Shown here: piece after piece, positions 38,468-48,133 of the stretch
Position numbering within the stretch: position 1 is the first letter of the stretch
How the letters are laid out: each line of letters starts with the position of its first letter
DNA from: Promethearchaeota archaeon
GTDB lineage: Archaea; Asgardarchaeota; Lokiarchaeia; Sigyniarchaeales; SOKP01
Assembly: GCA_048938895.1 (NCBI GenBank)
Contig: JBHLLU010000021.1
Coordinates: forward strand, 1-62,312
Direction: 5' to 3'
Length of the DNA stretch: 62,312 nucleotides
Translations under genes and position numbers: made by a program
The notes under the pieces: generated by a model
Told to the model about the DNA's origin: nothing
Database searches by the model: none
Seen by the model: the letters and a program-made list of their open reading frames with translations, nothing else

Positions 38468-39112
38468 TTAATTAAGCTCAGTGCCGCAGCTTTTGCAAGT
38501 TTTAGCATTCTTAGGATTCTTATCATAACCACAGGCAAAACAAGTCAATGTATTTTTATCTTCCTCTTCAAATTCAAATCTCTCTTGCTTCCCCTCAGAG
38601 TCGGAATTATGAACTTGGCTTAAATGCTTTTCAAGATAATTTTCATCATGGGGGGTAATGATTTTAAACTTTTTTGGTTGAATCTCTTTAAATCCCTTAG
38701 GAATTTTATTAAATTCAGATTCTTCGTTAATTTGAATATCTCCTTGAGGTTCATCTTGAATTTCTTTAATTCCTTCTAGATCTAGCTTTTGAGGCTGGGT
38801 TGTTTCTTTCTCATCAAATTCGCTTGTAAAGTTGTCTTGAACGTCCTCTTCTATAAAAATATCTTCTTCAAACTCAGATTTTTCTATTTGACCTGATTTT
38901 AGATTTTTTATATGAGCAATTATCCCTTTTGTTCTGGTAATAAGCATATTCTTAAAAGCAGAATCGATATTTCGAGATTTTGAAAAATTTAATGTCATTT
39001 CAGAAACTTCAAACCATATCTTTATAGCAGATTCAAGATCGTTCTTTTTTTCGTAGTTTTTAGCCAATGAAACCTTACTTTTCAGTTGCTTATTAAATTT
39101 TTCAACATCCAT
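38468..39112 (-). CDS. MIT-like domain / acidic linker / zinc-ribbon protein
   Basis: N-terminal three-helix pattern (AKNYEKKNDLESAIKIW...HIKNLK) and C-terminal CFACG...CKSCG. Confidence 0.65.
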   Translation of the reverse strand: MDVEKFNKQLKSKVSLAKNYEKKNDLESAIKIWFEVSEMTLNFSKSRNIDSAFKNMLITRTKGIIAHIKNLKSGQIEKSEFEEDIFIEEDVQDNFTSEFDEKETTQPQKLDLEGIKEIQDEPQGDIQINEESEFNKIPKGFKEIQPKKFKIITPHDENYLEKHLSQVHNSDSEGKQERFEFEEEDKNTLTCFACGYDKNPKNAKTCKSCGTELN

Positions 39113-39265
39113 ACGGGATTAAACCTATTCTTCCTTATAATGCAAGTTTTACAAGTAAATTCAAATTATTAAATATTCACCAAAATTAAAATTTCCAAAC
39201 TCTACTATTTTTTTAAGAAAAAATAAAAAAAATATTCTGAAACTAACTAGTTTAGAATAACAAAG

Positions 39266-41158
39266 ATGTCTCTTAAACCATTTTCTTCTACTGAAATCAA
39301 AAATCTGCAAGAAATTATCGAAAAAAATGGATGGAAAATTAATGGTGTTTCAGAGAATTATTTTCGCTACAGTATAAAGAAAGAAAAAATAATTTTATTT
39401 ACGATTAAATTTCCTATAACTCTTCCATTAAGGCTAAATTTCCCCTTTGAAGTTGCTAGTTTTCGTGTTTCAGTAGCTTTTCAAATATGGAACTTAAATC
39501 ATAATTCTTATACCATAATTCTTTACCTTATGAAAGCTCTTAGAAGTTTAGCAATATCTCTTACATTGGAACATAATTTTCCAATAAGCGGGAAAGAACA
39601 GAAACTCGTCAACCTATTAAACCTAATTATGCCAGAATTGATTAGGGGTGAAAATGAGAATACATGGTTAAATCGTATTAGAGTTTCACTTTTAACCAAA
39701 AGAGATCAATTACAGGGTTATTCACAAGATCAACTCAGAGCAACAGTGCAATCAATTCGTAATGTTGGTTTGGCACCAAGTTTTAATTTACCATGGGAAT
39801 TAAAAGATGGTGTTCCCAAAATTAGAACATCTGAAACACTTTTTTTCTCAAATGATGATGAATTTAATGAATTCTTCATTTTTGAAAAAGGATTTTTATC
39901 ATATTTTAAAGACATTGAGTACAAGAAATTTTATATTAGAAGTTTGTTTGACAGTTACTCCTCCTATGTATTAAATGGCTTATTTCATGAAGCTTCTGAA
40001 TATAAATTAGAAGAATTAGTACAAAATTGGATTAGATTCTCCAGAATTATTCTAAATTCTATTTTAGAGTTATTAAATAGTGATAAAATAATCGAAAGTG
40101 AACTATTAAATTTTAGACCTTCAAAAGAACTAATTTATAAAAGCAAGAATTTTATTTCAGAACAAAATAATTTTCCATTTTCAGCGCTGTGCTATGAAAG
40201 CTCAGTTGCAAAGGAATTACTTCCTTTTCATATTGACTTACTTAATAAGCCGCCAACTAATTTTGAAGTTATTGAAACTATGAATCTTTATACAGAAGCA
40301 GAAGAACTTATTAAGAAATATAACTTTGATAAAGCTACTCACTTGTTAAATGAGTCTCTTAAAATTTTTAATAAAAACCAACAAAAAAAGGTGGTTGTTT
40401 CTATTTTGTTGAAATTAAGAAAGATTGCTATTCTTCTGGATAATGATGAAATGGCGCATAATTATCTGCAAAGTGCCTTAGATGTAGCTAAATCAGGTGA
40501 AGTACCAATTGAATATATCATTAAAATTCATCATAAATTGGGAATGAGTTATTTCAAGAAAAAAGAATATGAAAATGCTTCAAAACACTTTAAGATTAAT
40601 ATTAATTTTTTAGAAAATGAGAAATTATCTTTTACTAAAGAAGATTACCTTGGTATGGCAAATTTGTATATCGGACTAATTAATTTAGATCAAAATAAGG
40701 TTGTAGATTCAAAGGAGTATTTTAAAAAAACTCTCGAAATTGGTAATAAATCGATTCGAGTAAAATTAAAATATTTTTTAACTCGAGCTATAAGATTTAA
40801 AAATCAAGGAAATCTTTCACAAGCTCAGAGATTTCTTAAAGCAGGCTTGACTAACGCAGATATTAACTTCGATAATAACAATTATCGAAATGTTTTAATC
40901 GATTATATCTTAGAATTAGCAGAATTTTATATTCATCATAGAAGAGATTCCAAAAAAGCAATGTATTACCTAAATAGCCTTGAAAACCATTTATCACCAA
41001 AAGAATTATCAAATATTGAAAGAGCTATGCGTTGGAACTTGTTAATGAGTGATTTTTACAAAATTATTATAGGGAATAATCAAAAATCACAATTTTACGT
41101 GAAAGAAACACAAAAATTGAAAAACCAACTTCAAAAAATAAGAATAGATGATCAATAA
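39266..41158 (+). CDS. TPR-containing protein
   Basis: The C-terminal half has TPR-like helices (AHNYLQSALDVA; HKLGMSYFKKKEYENASKHF; YFKKTLEI). Confidence 0.75.
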   Translation: MSLKPFSSTEIKNLQEIIEKNGWKINGVSENYFRYSIKKEKIILFTIKFPITLPLRLNFPFEVASFRVSVAFQIWNLNHNSYTIILYLMKALRSLAISLTLEHNFPISGKEQKLVNLLNLIMPELIRGENENTWLNRIRVSLLTKRDQLQGYSQDQLRATVQSIRNVGLAPSFNLPWELKDGVPKIRTSETLFFSNDDEFNEFFIFEKGFLSYFKDIEYKKFYIRSLFDSYSSYVLNGLFHEASEYKLEELVQNWIRFSRIILNSILELLNSDKIIESELLNFRPSKELIYKSKNFISEQNNFPFSALCYESSVAKELLPFHIDLLNKPPTNFEVIETMNLYTEAEELIKKYNFDKATHLLNESLKIFNKNQQKKVVVSILLKLRKIAILLDNDEMAHNYLQSALDVAKSGEVPIEYIIKIHHKLGMSYFKKKEYENASKHFKININFLENEKLSFTKEDYLGMANLYIGLINLDQNKVVDSKEYFKKTLEIGNKSIRVKLKYFLTRAIRFKNQGNLSQAQRFLKAGLTNADINFDNNNYRNVLIDYILELAEFYIHHRRDSKKAMYYLNSLENHLSPKELSNIERAMRWNLLMSDFYKIIIGNNQKSQFYVKETQKLKNQLQKIRIDDQ

Positions 41159-41168
41159 GAAAAAAATC

Positions 41169-41372
41169 TCATCTTGAAAATTGGGACCTTTTAGCTCCTA
41201 AACTATCCTGTTGGCCACCAAATCGGCCATCTACGAACCGAGTTTTATATAATTCTCGAAATCGCATCCTGGGGGGTTTCTTCTTTTGAGCATTCACTCC
41301 TGATCTTTCGATTTTAGGAGTTTGACTCTTAACCTTCCCTGCTTTGGTTAATGAACCATGAGAACCAGGCAT
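41169..41372 (-). CDS. rps30e: 30S ribosomal protein S30e
   Basis: HGSLTKAGKVKSQTPKI signature. Confidence 0.97.
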   Translation of the reverse strand: MPGSHGSLTKAGKVKSQTPKIERSGVNAQKKKPPRMRFRELYKTRFVDGRFGGQQDSLGAKRSQFSR

Positions 41373-41537
41373 TTGTCATAAATCATCTCTATATAATGTA
41401 TATTATTATTTGAAATAAATAATTTCAAACTCTTAAATTTTGTTGTTAACTTCAATAGTTAAAGATTGGACCCCAATTTTTTCTTAAGTCCGCTAATGAT
41501 TATTATAATTATACTAAATCTTATCTCAAAGAGAATT

Positions 41538-41687
41538 ATGACAGAAAAGGGATTCGAAAATTCTAGTGTTGAAAAAGATGAGGAAAAAATTTTATATGGA
41601 GATAACAGGATAGTTTGTTTTGCGTGTGGGGAACGGATTGATAAAACTACTAGAATTTGTCCCTACTGCAAAACTTCAATTAACTAA
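41538..41687 (+). CDS. Small zinc-ribbon protein
   Basis: CFACG-x8-CPYC; likely start ATG 41538. Confidence 0.65.
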   Translation: MTEKGFENSSVEKDEEKILYGDNRIVCFACGERIDKTTRICPYCKTSIN

Positions 41688-41764
41688 TATTCCTTTTTAA
41701 ATATCTTTAAGTTTAAAAATTAATATAATATATACAATGTGAATTATAGTAAAATGGCAATACT

Positions 41765-42259
41765 TTGAACCATAGTGGTCAAAGCCCAAAGAAAAAAAGT
41801 AATTTAGTTATCGGAATACTTATTTTTATATTAATTACAGTTATTTCAATAGTCTTATCTCTGCTTATCAATCCTTTTTGGGTAATTTTACTCCCCATCT
41901 CAATTTTCTTATTGATTATATTAAGGCTAATGTCTAATTATTTCTGGTTAGAAGAAAAAACTTGTCCACGTTGTAATGCTCCTATTAGTAAATATGCTGA
42001 ATTTTGTAGAAACTGTGGTCTAAAATTATGGTTTAGGTGTATTTCATGTGGTAAATATATGCGCGCAGATACAAAATTTTGCGAAAATTGTAATATTGAA
42101 CTTAAACACACAGAACAGGAAAAACAATCTTTTGAGTACGAAGTGTTAAAAAAAGGATCTCCCTTACCTGAAAAGCCTAACTTTTGTGCTAATTGTGGTG
42201 CTAAATTGAACAACATCGAGAGTATTAAATTTTGTGAAGAATGTGGGGAAAAGATATAG
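41765..42259 (+). CDS. Membrane-anchored multi zinc-ribbon (DZR) protein
   Basis: Two TM segments followed by six CxxC motifs. Confidence 0.8.
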   Translation: MNHSGQSPKKKSNLVIGILIFILITVISIVLSLLINPFWVILLPISIFLLIILRLMSNYFWLEEKTCPRCNAPISKYAEFCRNCGLKLWFRCISCGKYMRADTKFCENCNIELKHTEQEKQSFEYEVLKKGSPLPEKPNFCANCGAKLNNIESIKFCEECGEKI

Positions 42260-42342
42260 CAAACTGTCTTTTTAAAGTTATTACCACTTAAATTGCCAAG
42301 TTTCTAAAATAATGGAATATTTTTTATCCCTATACAAAAATA

Positions 42343-42978
42343 ATGGTGTATAAAACAATTTCAGAAAAAAGAAGAGAATTCTATGATCATAAAAAAGGTT
42401 CAAGAAAATCAGTATATCTTTCCAAACCAAGAATTTCTCCTGTTGAAGAACCTGATTGGGATGAGGATACACGAGATTTAATCGAAGGATGGAAGAAATT
42501 GAACAATGATGCCCCTGCTCCAAATATAATGAAAACGCTGGGTAACTATTCGAAATTATATAATAGATGGCGTGTTTTTGGTAATCATATTTTATATAAA
42601 TGTTCGCTTCCTATTAGAGAAAAAGAACTCTTAATTCTACGCATTGGATGGCTCTGTAATTCAGAATATGAATGGGCTCAACATTCTGTCATAGGAAAAC
42701 GAGCAGGTCTTAGTGATGAGGAAATTTTAAGGATTAGAGATGGTCCTGATGCTGAAGGATGGAGTCCTTTTGATGCCTTACTACTCCGTGCAGTGGATGA
42801 ATTGTATATTGATTCATTTATAAGTGATTCTACATGGAATGAACTTGCGAAAACCTATGATAAACACCAACTAATGGACTTAATTTTTACGGTTGGTCAA
42901 TACAATTTGGTCTCAATGGTGCTAAATTCGCTTGGTTTACAACTTGAGAAAGGTATGAAAGGTTTTCCTAAGTCTTAA
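42343..42978 (+). CDS. Carboxymuconolactone decarboxylase / AhpD family protein
   Basis: REKELLILRIG..C.SEYEWAQH...AGLS and LLRAVDEL motifs. Confidence 0.88.
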   Translation: MVYKTISEKRREFYDHKKGSRKSVYLSKPRISPVEEPDWDEDTRDLIEGWKKLNNDAPAPNIMKTLGNYSKLYNRWRVFGNHILYKCSLPIREKELLILRIGWLCNSEYEWAQHSVIGKRAGLSDEEILRIRDGPDAEGWSPFDALLLRAVDELYIDSFISDSTWNELAKTYDKHQLMDLIFTVGQYNLVSMVLNSLGLQLEKGMKGFPKS

Positions 42979-43107
42979 TTTTAACATATATATGCCAAAT
43001 TATATATATACCAAATTTTCCTTTTTCTTATCAATTAACCTCAAATAGCATGATTAATTAAAAAAAATATAAATTTCATAAATTCTTTATAAATTTAAAT
43101 AACATGT

Positions 43108-43240
43108 GGGGACTTGGTGTAGCCCGGTGGCACAGCAGGCTCCAGATCCTACAAGCAAAAGCTGTCCTGTGGACACCTGTCGGTCGGGGGTTCAAAGAGA
43201 TAATTGATTTCCACATATCTTGGAATTCCCTCAGTCCCCA
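43108..43240 (+). tRNA. trnW: tRNA-Trp(CCA) with two introns (anticodon loop and T-loop)
   Basis: Acceptor stem GGGGACT/AGTCCCC-A, D-stem GTGT/GCAC, anticodon stem GCAGG/CCTGT with CT-CCA-GA, T-stem GGGGG/CCCTC. Inserts of 29 nt (about 43146-43174) and 30 nt (43197-43226). Confidence 0.9.
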
Positions 43241-43461
43241 TTCTTAATAATTAAGAATGCTACCACATTAATTTTGTGAAAAGAGTTATTTTTTATTGTA
43301 TAATTGCATCGTAAAAACTTCAAACAATAAAAATAAGGGTAAATAAAAAAACTTTAATAGATTTAACCAGTTCAGAGAACAGGTATTGATATTTAGCCGA
43401 TTAGAAGCATCGGTGGATTTATCTTAGAAAAAGAACATAAAAAAAGCTTTTCTTACTTGAA

Positions 43462-45408
43462 TTAGAGGTTTTTCAATCTTTCTTGTTCCTTTTGCTTCTT
43501 TTTTTCTATTTTTTTCTTTTGTTTTTCTAACTTTTTCTGTCTCTTTGCTTCTTGTTTTGCTTCTTTTTCTTTTTGTTTTCTTTCTTGTTTTAACCTCTCA
43601 AGCTCTAATTTTTCTTTTTCAAGAGCTTCAATCTCTGCTTTCTCCTTTTCTAGGCGTTCTCTTTCCACTCTAATCTCTTCTTGTTTCTCCCTTTCAATTT
43701 TTTCTAAACGCTCTTTTTCAATCCTTTCATGTTCTAACCGCTCTTTTTCTCTTCTCTCTCTTTCTAGACGCTCTCTCTCTTGTCTTTCTTTTTCTCGTCT
43801 TTCTCTCTCTTGTCTCTCCCTTTCCTCTCTTTCCTTTCTTTCTTTTTCCCTATGGATTCTTTCTATCCTTTCTCTTTCCTTCCTTTCTTCTTCTTCAATT
43901 TCAAAGTACCATGAATCAATTTTGTCGCTTAATTCTTGCTTTTCCTTTAAAGGCAATCCAAGATTAGCTTCTTTTTTCAGGTAGATATTAGCGTATTTAC
44001 TCATTTCCCATATTTTAGTCTGGTGTTTCGTGGTGTCACTGACCCCGATTTCTCTCATACTCTCCCTAGCGATTTCAAAAGCTTGCCCAATTGAGCGCAT
44101 CTCATAATTTTCTACAACTACTTTTTTTAAATATGTTAGAATTTGTTTAACATCTGCGATTGGGGGATTAGGTAAAGGTTTAAATTCAACTTTTTCAGAT
44201 TTTAACGTTTCTAACTCAAATTTTTCTCGTTCATATTCAGATGGTGTTGTAATTCTAACTTCAGGACCTTGAATTTCACTTTGTTGAAGATATTCAGACG
44301 GTTCTACCATCTTGGGAAGAACTATAGGTTCTTTCTTAGCTTTTCTCTTGAATTGCATTGGCCAACTAGCGAATGCATACAAGCGATCTTCAGCAGACAC
44401 AAAAATTGAATGTTTTGATGACTTTCTAGTAGAATCACTTGATGGGACAGATCTTGAGGGGATACTAGTACTTAATGCTGTAGATGCATTTTCTAATATT
44501 GAGAACAAATACATCGGATCAAACTCTAGATTAGAATAAATGCTCTTCAATAAATTTATATTACTTTCAATTATGCTGAGATTTACGTCAGAAATTGTTT
44601 CTTGTAATAGTTGGTCAGCTCCGAAGATAATTCCATTTAATCCTGCTGTAGAACTTAAATAGGAATCGTCTGCCCTTCCTCTCATTTTATCAGATACTAA
44701 AATCTGATTATAAAAGTCCCAATGAGTGCTTAACAACATATGTCCATCTTTAGCTATTTGATAGGAATCAGCACTACGAATTGTTTCTATCATTTCTAAA
44801 AATATATCTTTATGAGGGATAAATATATTTCTCATTAAAGCACCCTTTATGAAAGTTTTATGATTCTCTGATTTAAAAGATAAATCAATTGGAACTTTAA
44901 TCACTTTTTCAGCAATTATAACTTCTTGATCATCTTCTAAAGTAACATTTACAGACGTAGCCATATGGTCATAAGCAAAATCAGAAAGTATTAATCCGGT
45001 TAAAATTCTGTGGTCTGTAACATATTTACCAGATTCTAATTCAAATTTTAAGAAATAATACCCTAATCCAAAAAGATAATGAAGAGTCCCTCGTTCAATC
45101 TCAATGGAATAGTCGTATCCCGTAAAAAAAATTACGGCATCCGATACTATCCTTGATACTTCATGATGAGCATACATTCCTAAAGTCGGGTATCCTAATA
45201 AATCACCCCAACTAGGTATCATAAATAGCGAGTTGCTGGGAAATAGTTTATTCTCCATTTTTTGCTTTTCTATTCTTTCTCTCTCAAGTCGTTCTTTTTC
45301 AAGACGCTCTTTTTCTAATCTCTCCTTCTCCAACCTTTCCTTCTCCAACCTTTCCTTTTCAAGCCTTTCTTCTTCCGTTTCTTGCTCATCAATTCTTTCC
45401 ATTCCCAT
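43462..45408 (-). CDS. Protein with E/R/K-rich helical repeats at both ends and an unknown central domain
   Basis: N-terminal (EKERL)n, a C-terminal E/R/K tract of about 145 aa, and a globular-looking middle region. Confidence 0.8.
   Translation of the reverse strand: MGMERIDEQETEEERLEKERLEKERLEKERLEKERLEKERLERERIEKQKMENKLFPSNSLFMIPSWGDLLGYPTLGMYAHHEVSRIVSDAVIFFTGYDYSIEIERGTLHYLFGLGYYFLKFELESGKYVTDHRILTGLILSDFAYDHMATSVNVTLEDDQEVIIAEKVIKVPIDLSFKSENHKTFIKGALMRNIFIPHKDIFLEMIETIRSADSYQIAKDGHMLLSTHWDFYNQILVSDKMRGRADDSYLSSTAGLNGIIFGADQLLQETISDVNLSIIESNINLLKSIYSNLEFDPMYLFSILENASTALSTSIPSRSVPSSDSTRKSSKHSIFVSAEDRLYAFASWPMQFKRKAKKEPIVLPKMVEPSEYLQQSEIQGPEVRITTPSEYEREKFELETLKSEKVEFKPLPNPPIADVKQILTYLKKVVVENYEMRSIGQAFEIARESMREIGVSDTTKHQTKIWEMSKYANIYLKKEANLGLPLKEKQELSDKIDSWYFEIEEEERKERERIERIHREKERKEREERERQERERREKERQERERLERERREKERLEHERIEKERLEKIEREKQEEIRVERERLEKEKAEIEALEKEKLELERLKQERKQKEKEAKQEAKRQKKLEKQKKKIEKKKQKEQERLKNL
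45277..45372 (-). repeat. 15-nt coding tandem repeat (ERLEK x5-6)
   Basis: Repeated TCCTTCTCCAACCTT-like units on the + strand encode ERLEKERLEK on the - strand. Confidence 0.75.
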
Positions 45409-45630
45409 AATATAAACCTAATTACATTATATCATTTATTAGAATTTTATTTCTCAATATTATATAAATATCTAACTACTAATTAATGGTTCTACTCAAA
45501 TGATACAAAAAAAATATTGAGGTTATAAAATTATTATTTAAGAATCTCAGTCGTATTTAACTAATTTATTAAGAATAAAGAGTAAAAATTGTTCCTAGTA
45601 TTTGAATAAAGGTAATATCTAAAGACTTAA

Positions 45631-47184
45631 TTATTCAAACGAATTATACAATTCTTCAATGATCTTGTTAAACGCTTCATTAATCCCTTGCCCAGTTTTT
45701 GCTGATGTTAAATAATACCCTAGAAGGTTATTCTTTTTAACTAAATCTTGAATTTTAGAATCATCCCATTTGGTGATATCTACTAAATCAGCTTTATTGC
45801 CAATTAGAGTAATTGGAATATTACCGCTATATATTTTAATTTCATTAAGCCAAGCTTCAATATTTCTGAAACTTTCCCTTCCAAACTCATTCTCTTCCAG
45901 ACTAAATACGAGTATTGCAGCTTTGCTGTTTTTAAAAAAATCCGGTCGTAGAAAATGAAATGATTCAGCGCCAGCGATATCCCAAAATAGATATCTAACC
46001 TTATTTCCTTCCATTTCTTTTTCATAAACGGTGAATTGAGTACCTATAGTCTTTACATAAACTGTATTAAATAAACCTTTAGTAAATTGTTGAATTAAAG
46101 ATGTTTTACCTACTTTCATATCCCCAACTACAATTATCTTAAACCTAAATCGTTTGCGTGTTCTTTTTAACGCATTTTGATTATTAGTTATAATTCCGAG
46201 TGAAAGGGATCTAAGAACACTTTCAAAATTTTGCCCTTCTGTTTCTCGAATTTCAACATAACCATAAGCACCCCATTCTTTTGCTAGAAGTTGTCCCTCT
46301 CCCGAAGTTACGTTGTCACCTTCACCCAACCCAATTATTATTACAGGCATATCAACGATTGTTCCCGATCCATCTTTTAATCTGAATTTAAGATTTGTAC
46401 TTTCTTTTAATTCATTATATAATTCTTTAGCAGACTCAAATGAATCCCGTTTATCCTTATCATATACAATAATTGCACCATGAGCACCCTTAAAATATGT
46501 CTGTATAATAGATCTCCATTTGGTCTCAGATGAAATATCCCAGAGTTGCAATTTTACTCTTTTATCATAAACATCTAACATTTTGGGATAAAATCCTACT
46601 CCTAGAGTTTCTTTTTGACCTTCACCTCCCGGAATTGGAGGCATTGTTAGCAATTTAGTTGATTGTTCAGAACTTAAGCCTAAAATGACCACTTTAAAAG
46701 TAAAGTCATGAATTTTTACTAGATCCCTAAAATGAGTCAAAAAATTTTCATATTTTCGAATCTTTTTCCTTAACTCATATAACTGAGTTCTTCCAGTACT
46801 TGAAAGTTTAATGCCTAATGCGCGTTTTAAGACTGCTTCAGCTTGTCCCTGACTTATTGCTTTATCAAATTTAATATAAAGATCATAGGCAATTTTAGAA
46901 AGTAACCAATCCAGCCCGGTTTGATCCGTGCGATCATGTGACATCTTGTCTATTCGGTTAATAAGAAATCGTATTATCTCATGCCAACTTCTTTTTGAAA
47001 CATCATTCCATTCTTCTTCTAATGGTTCAAAATAATCCTCAATATCAAAAGTATCCAACTCCTCTTTTGTATAATGAGGTTTGAGAATCTTTCTTAGATT
47101 TTCTAACTGACCTAATTCTTCTTTTGTGTAATCTAATTTCCTTAGCAAATCTTTTAGGATTTTTATTTGCTTATTCGTCAGCAT
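45631..47184 (-). CDS. Tandem small-GTPase protein (degenerate G domain plus Rab-like G domain)
   Basis: Domain 2 has GDMKVGKTS, TIG, WDIAG, GNKADL and TSAK. Domain 1 has FKVVILG, TLGVGF, KLQLWDIS and YFKGAHGAIIVYD but lacks GKT/S and NKxD. Confidence 0.9.
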   Translation of the reverse strand: MLTNKQIKILKDLLRKLDYTKEELGQLENLRKILKPHYTKEELDTFDIEDYFEPLEEEWNDVSKRSWHEIIRFLINRIDKMSHDRTDQTGLDWLLSKIAYDLYIKFDKAISQGQAEAVLKRALGIKLSSTGRTQLYELRKKIRKYENFLTHFRDLVKIHDFTFKVVILGLSSEQSTKLLTMPPIPGGEGQKETLGVGFYPKMLDVYDKRVKLQLWDISSETKWRSIIQTYFKGAHGAIIVYDKDKRDSFESAKELYNELKESTNLKFRLKDGSGTIVDMPVIIIGLGEGDNVTSGEGQLLAKEWGAYGYVEIRETEGQNFESVLRSLSLGIITNNQNALKRTRKRFRFKIIVVGDMKVGKTSLIQQFTKGLFNTVYVKTIGTQFTVYEKEMEGNKVRYLFWDIAGAESFHFLRPDFFKNSKAAILVFSLEENEFGRESFRNIEAWLNEIKIYSGNIPITLIGNKADLVDITKWDDSKIQDLVKKNNLLGYYLTSAKTGQGINEAFNKIIEELYNSFE

Positions 47185-47523
47185 TAATTTTCTAACCTAT
47201 CTAGTATTTATTAAAATATTCCTAAAAAGTTATACTTGGAGCTATAAATTATATCTGATGAATCCACTTTAAGTATGTGTTCTTTTGGCTTCATTATTCG
47301 TTCAGAATACTTAGGATTTAAAGTTTTAAATTGCTCATATAATTCATATTGCTTCTTATTTTTTTTAATATCTTTTTGTTTCGTGAGAATTATATATAAT
47401 TTTACTGATTCGATCAGGTTATTATTTCCTACTAATTTCTGTGTAATTTCTTTTTTTTTTCTCATATTATATATTTTCAAGGGATTTTGCCCCCTCCCTG
47501 ATTATATTAAATATTTTTATTTC

Positions 47524-47590
47524 GTCCACCATAACATCGGACGTCTAATTAAATCATGGACGTCAATATTTAACATGGACATACTCATAT
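47524..47590. repeat. Three direct repeats at 19-bp period
   Basis: CAT(C)GGAC units with GGAC at 47539, 47558 and 47577, plus an inverted GTCC at 47524. Confidence 0.55.
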
Positions 47591-47727
47591 TTAAATCTTT
47601 GGATCTGAGACATTATTGTCTAAAATAAGCATTTACAAACTAATCCCACTGAAAAGAATTAGAATCAAGGAAAACTTAATATGAAAGACTAACAATTATT
47701 TATTTTAAAGAATTTGAGAGTTCAATT

Positions 47728-48108
47728 ATGTATCGAATAGAGAAAATAGGCAAAGATCAATTTTATATAAAAGCATTAGGCACGTTTCCACCATCGGTTG
47801 CCAAACGATTTATTAAAGATTTCAATAAAAAAACAAAAAAATCAAAATCTTTATCTGTAATTGTGGATGGTATGGATTTTATCTTGTTAAATCTCGAATC
47901 ATTTGAAATTATTTTAGATTTCTTAAAAGGCAATAATGAAAGACTCAACCGATCTGCTTGGATTATTTCACAAAATCCTCCTTTAGATAAAGAAATCCAA
48001 ATTCTTTTAGATAAAGCCATATCTCTAAAGAGAAAAATCGTTGAGAATCTAGAGGAAGCAAAAGAGTGGATTGGTGTTCAAGAGATTATAATAGAAAAGG
48101 ATTCGTAA
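47728..48108 (+). CDS. SpoIIAA/STAS-like hypothetical protein
   Basis: SVIVDG, RSAWII and the C-terminal NLEEAKEWI motif typical of SpoIIAA-like proteins. Confidence 0.6.
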   Translation: MYRIEKIGKDQFYIKALGTFPPSVAKRFIKDFNKKTKKSKSLSVIVDGMDFILLNLESFEIILDFLKGNNERLNRSAWIISQNPPLDKEIQILLDKAISLKRKIVENLEEAKEWIGVQEIIIEKDS

Positions 48109-48133
48109 ATTTTACTAAAAAAATAATTGTTGT

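Noticed and set aside
43396-43414. Hairpin GCCGAT-N7-ATCGGT between tRNA-Trp and the E/R/K protein
   Set aside because: It is a short stem compatible with chance or a simple terminator and has no SECIS core.
47211-47628. ORFs 47211-47480 (-) and 47275-47628 (+)
   Set aside because: They overlap each other, are low-complexity AT-rich translations, and have no motif or clear SD. A small real gene cannot be excluded.
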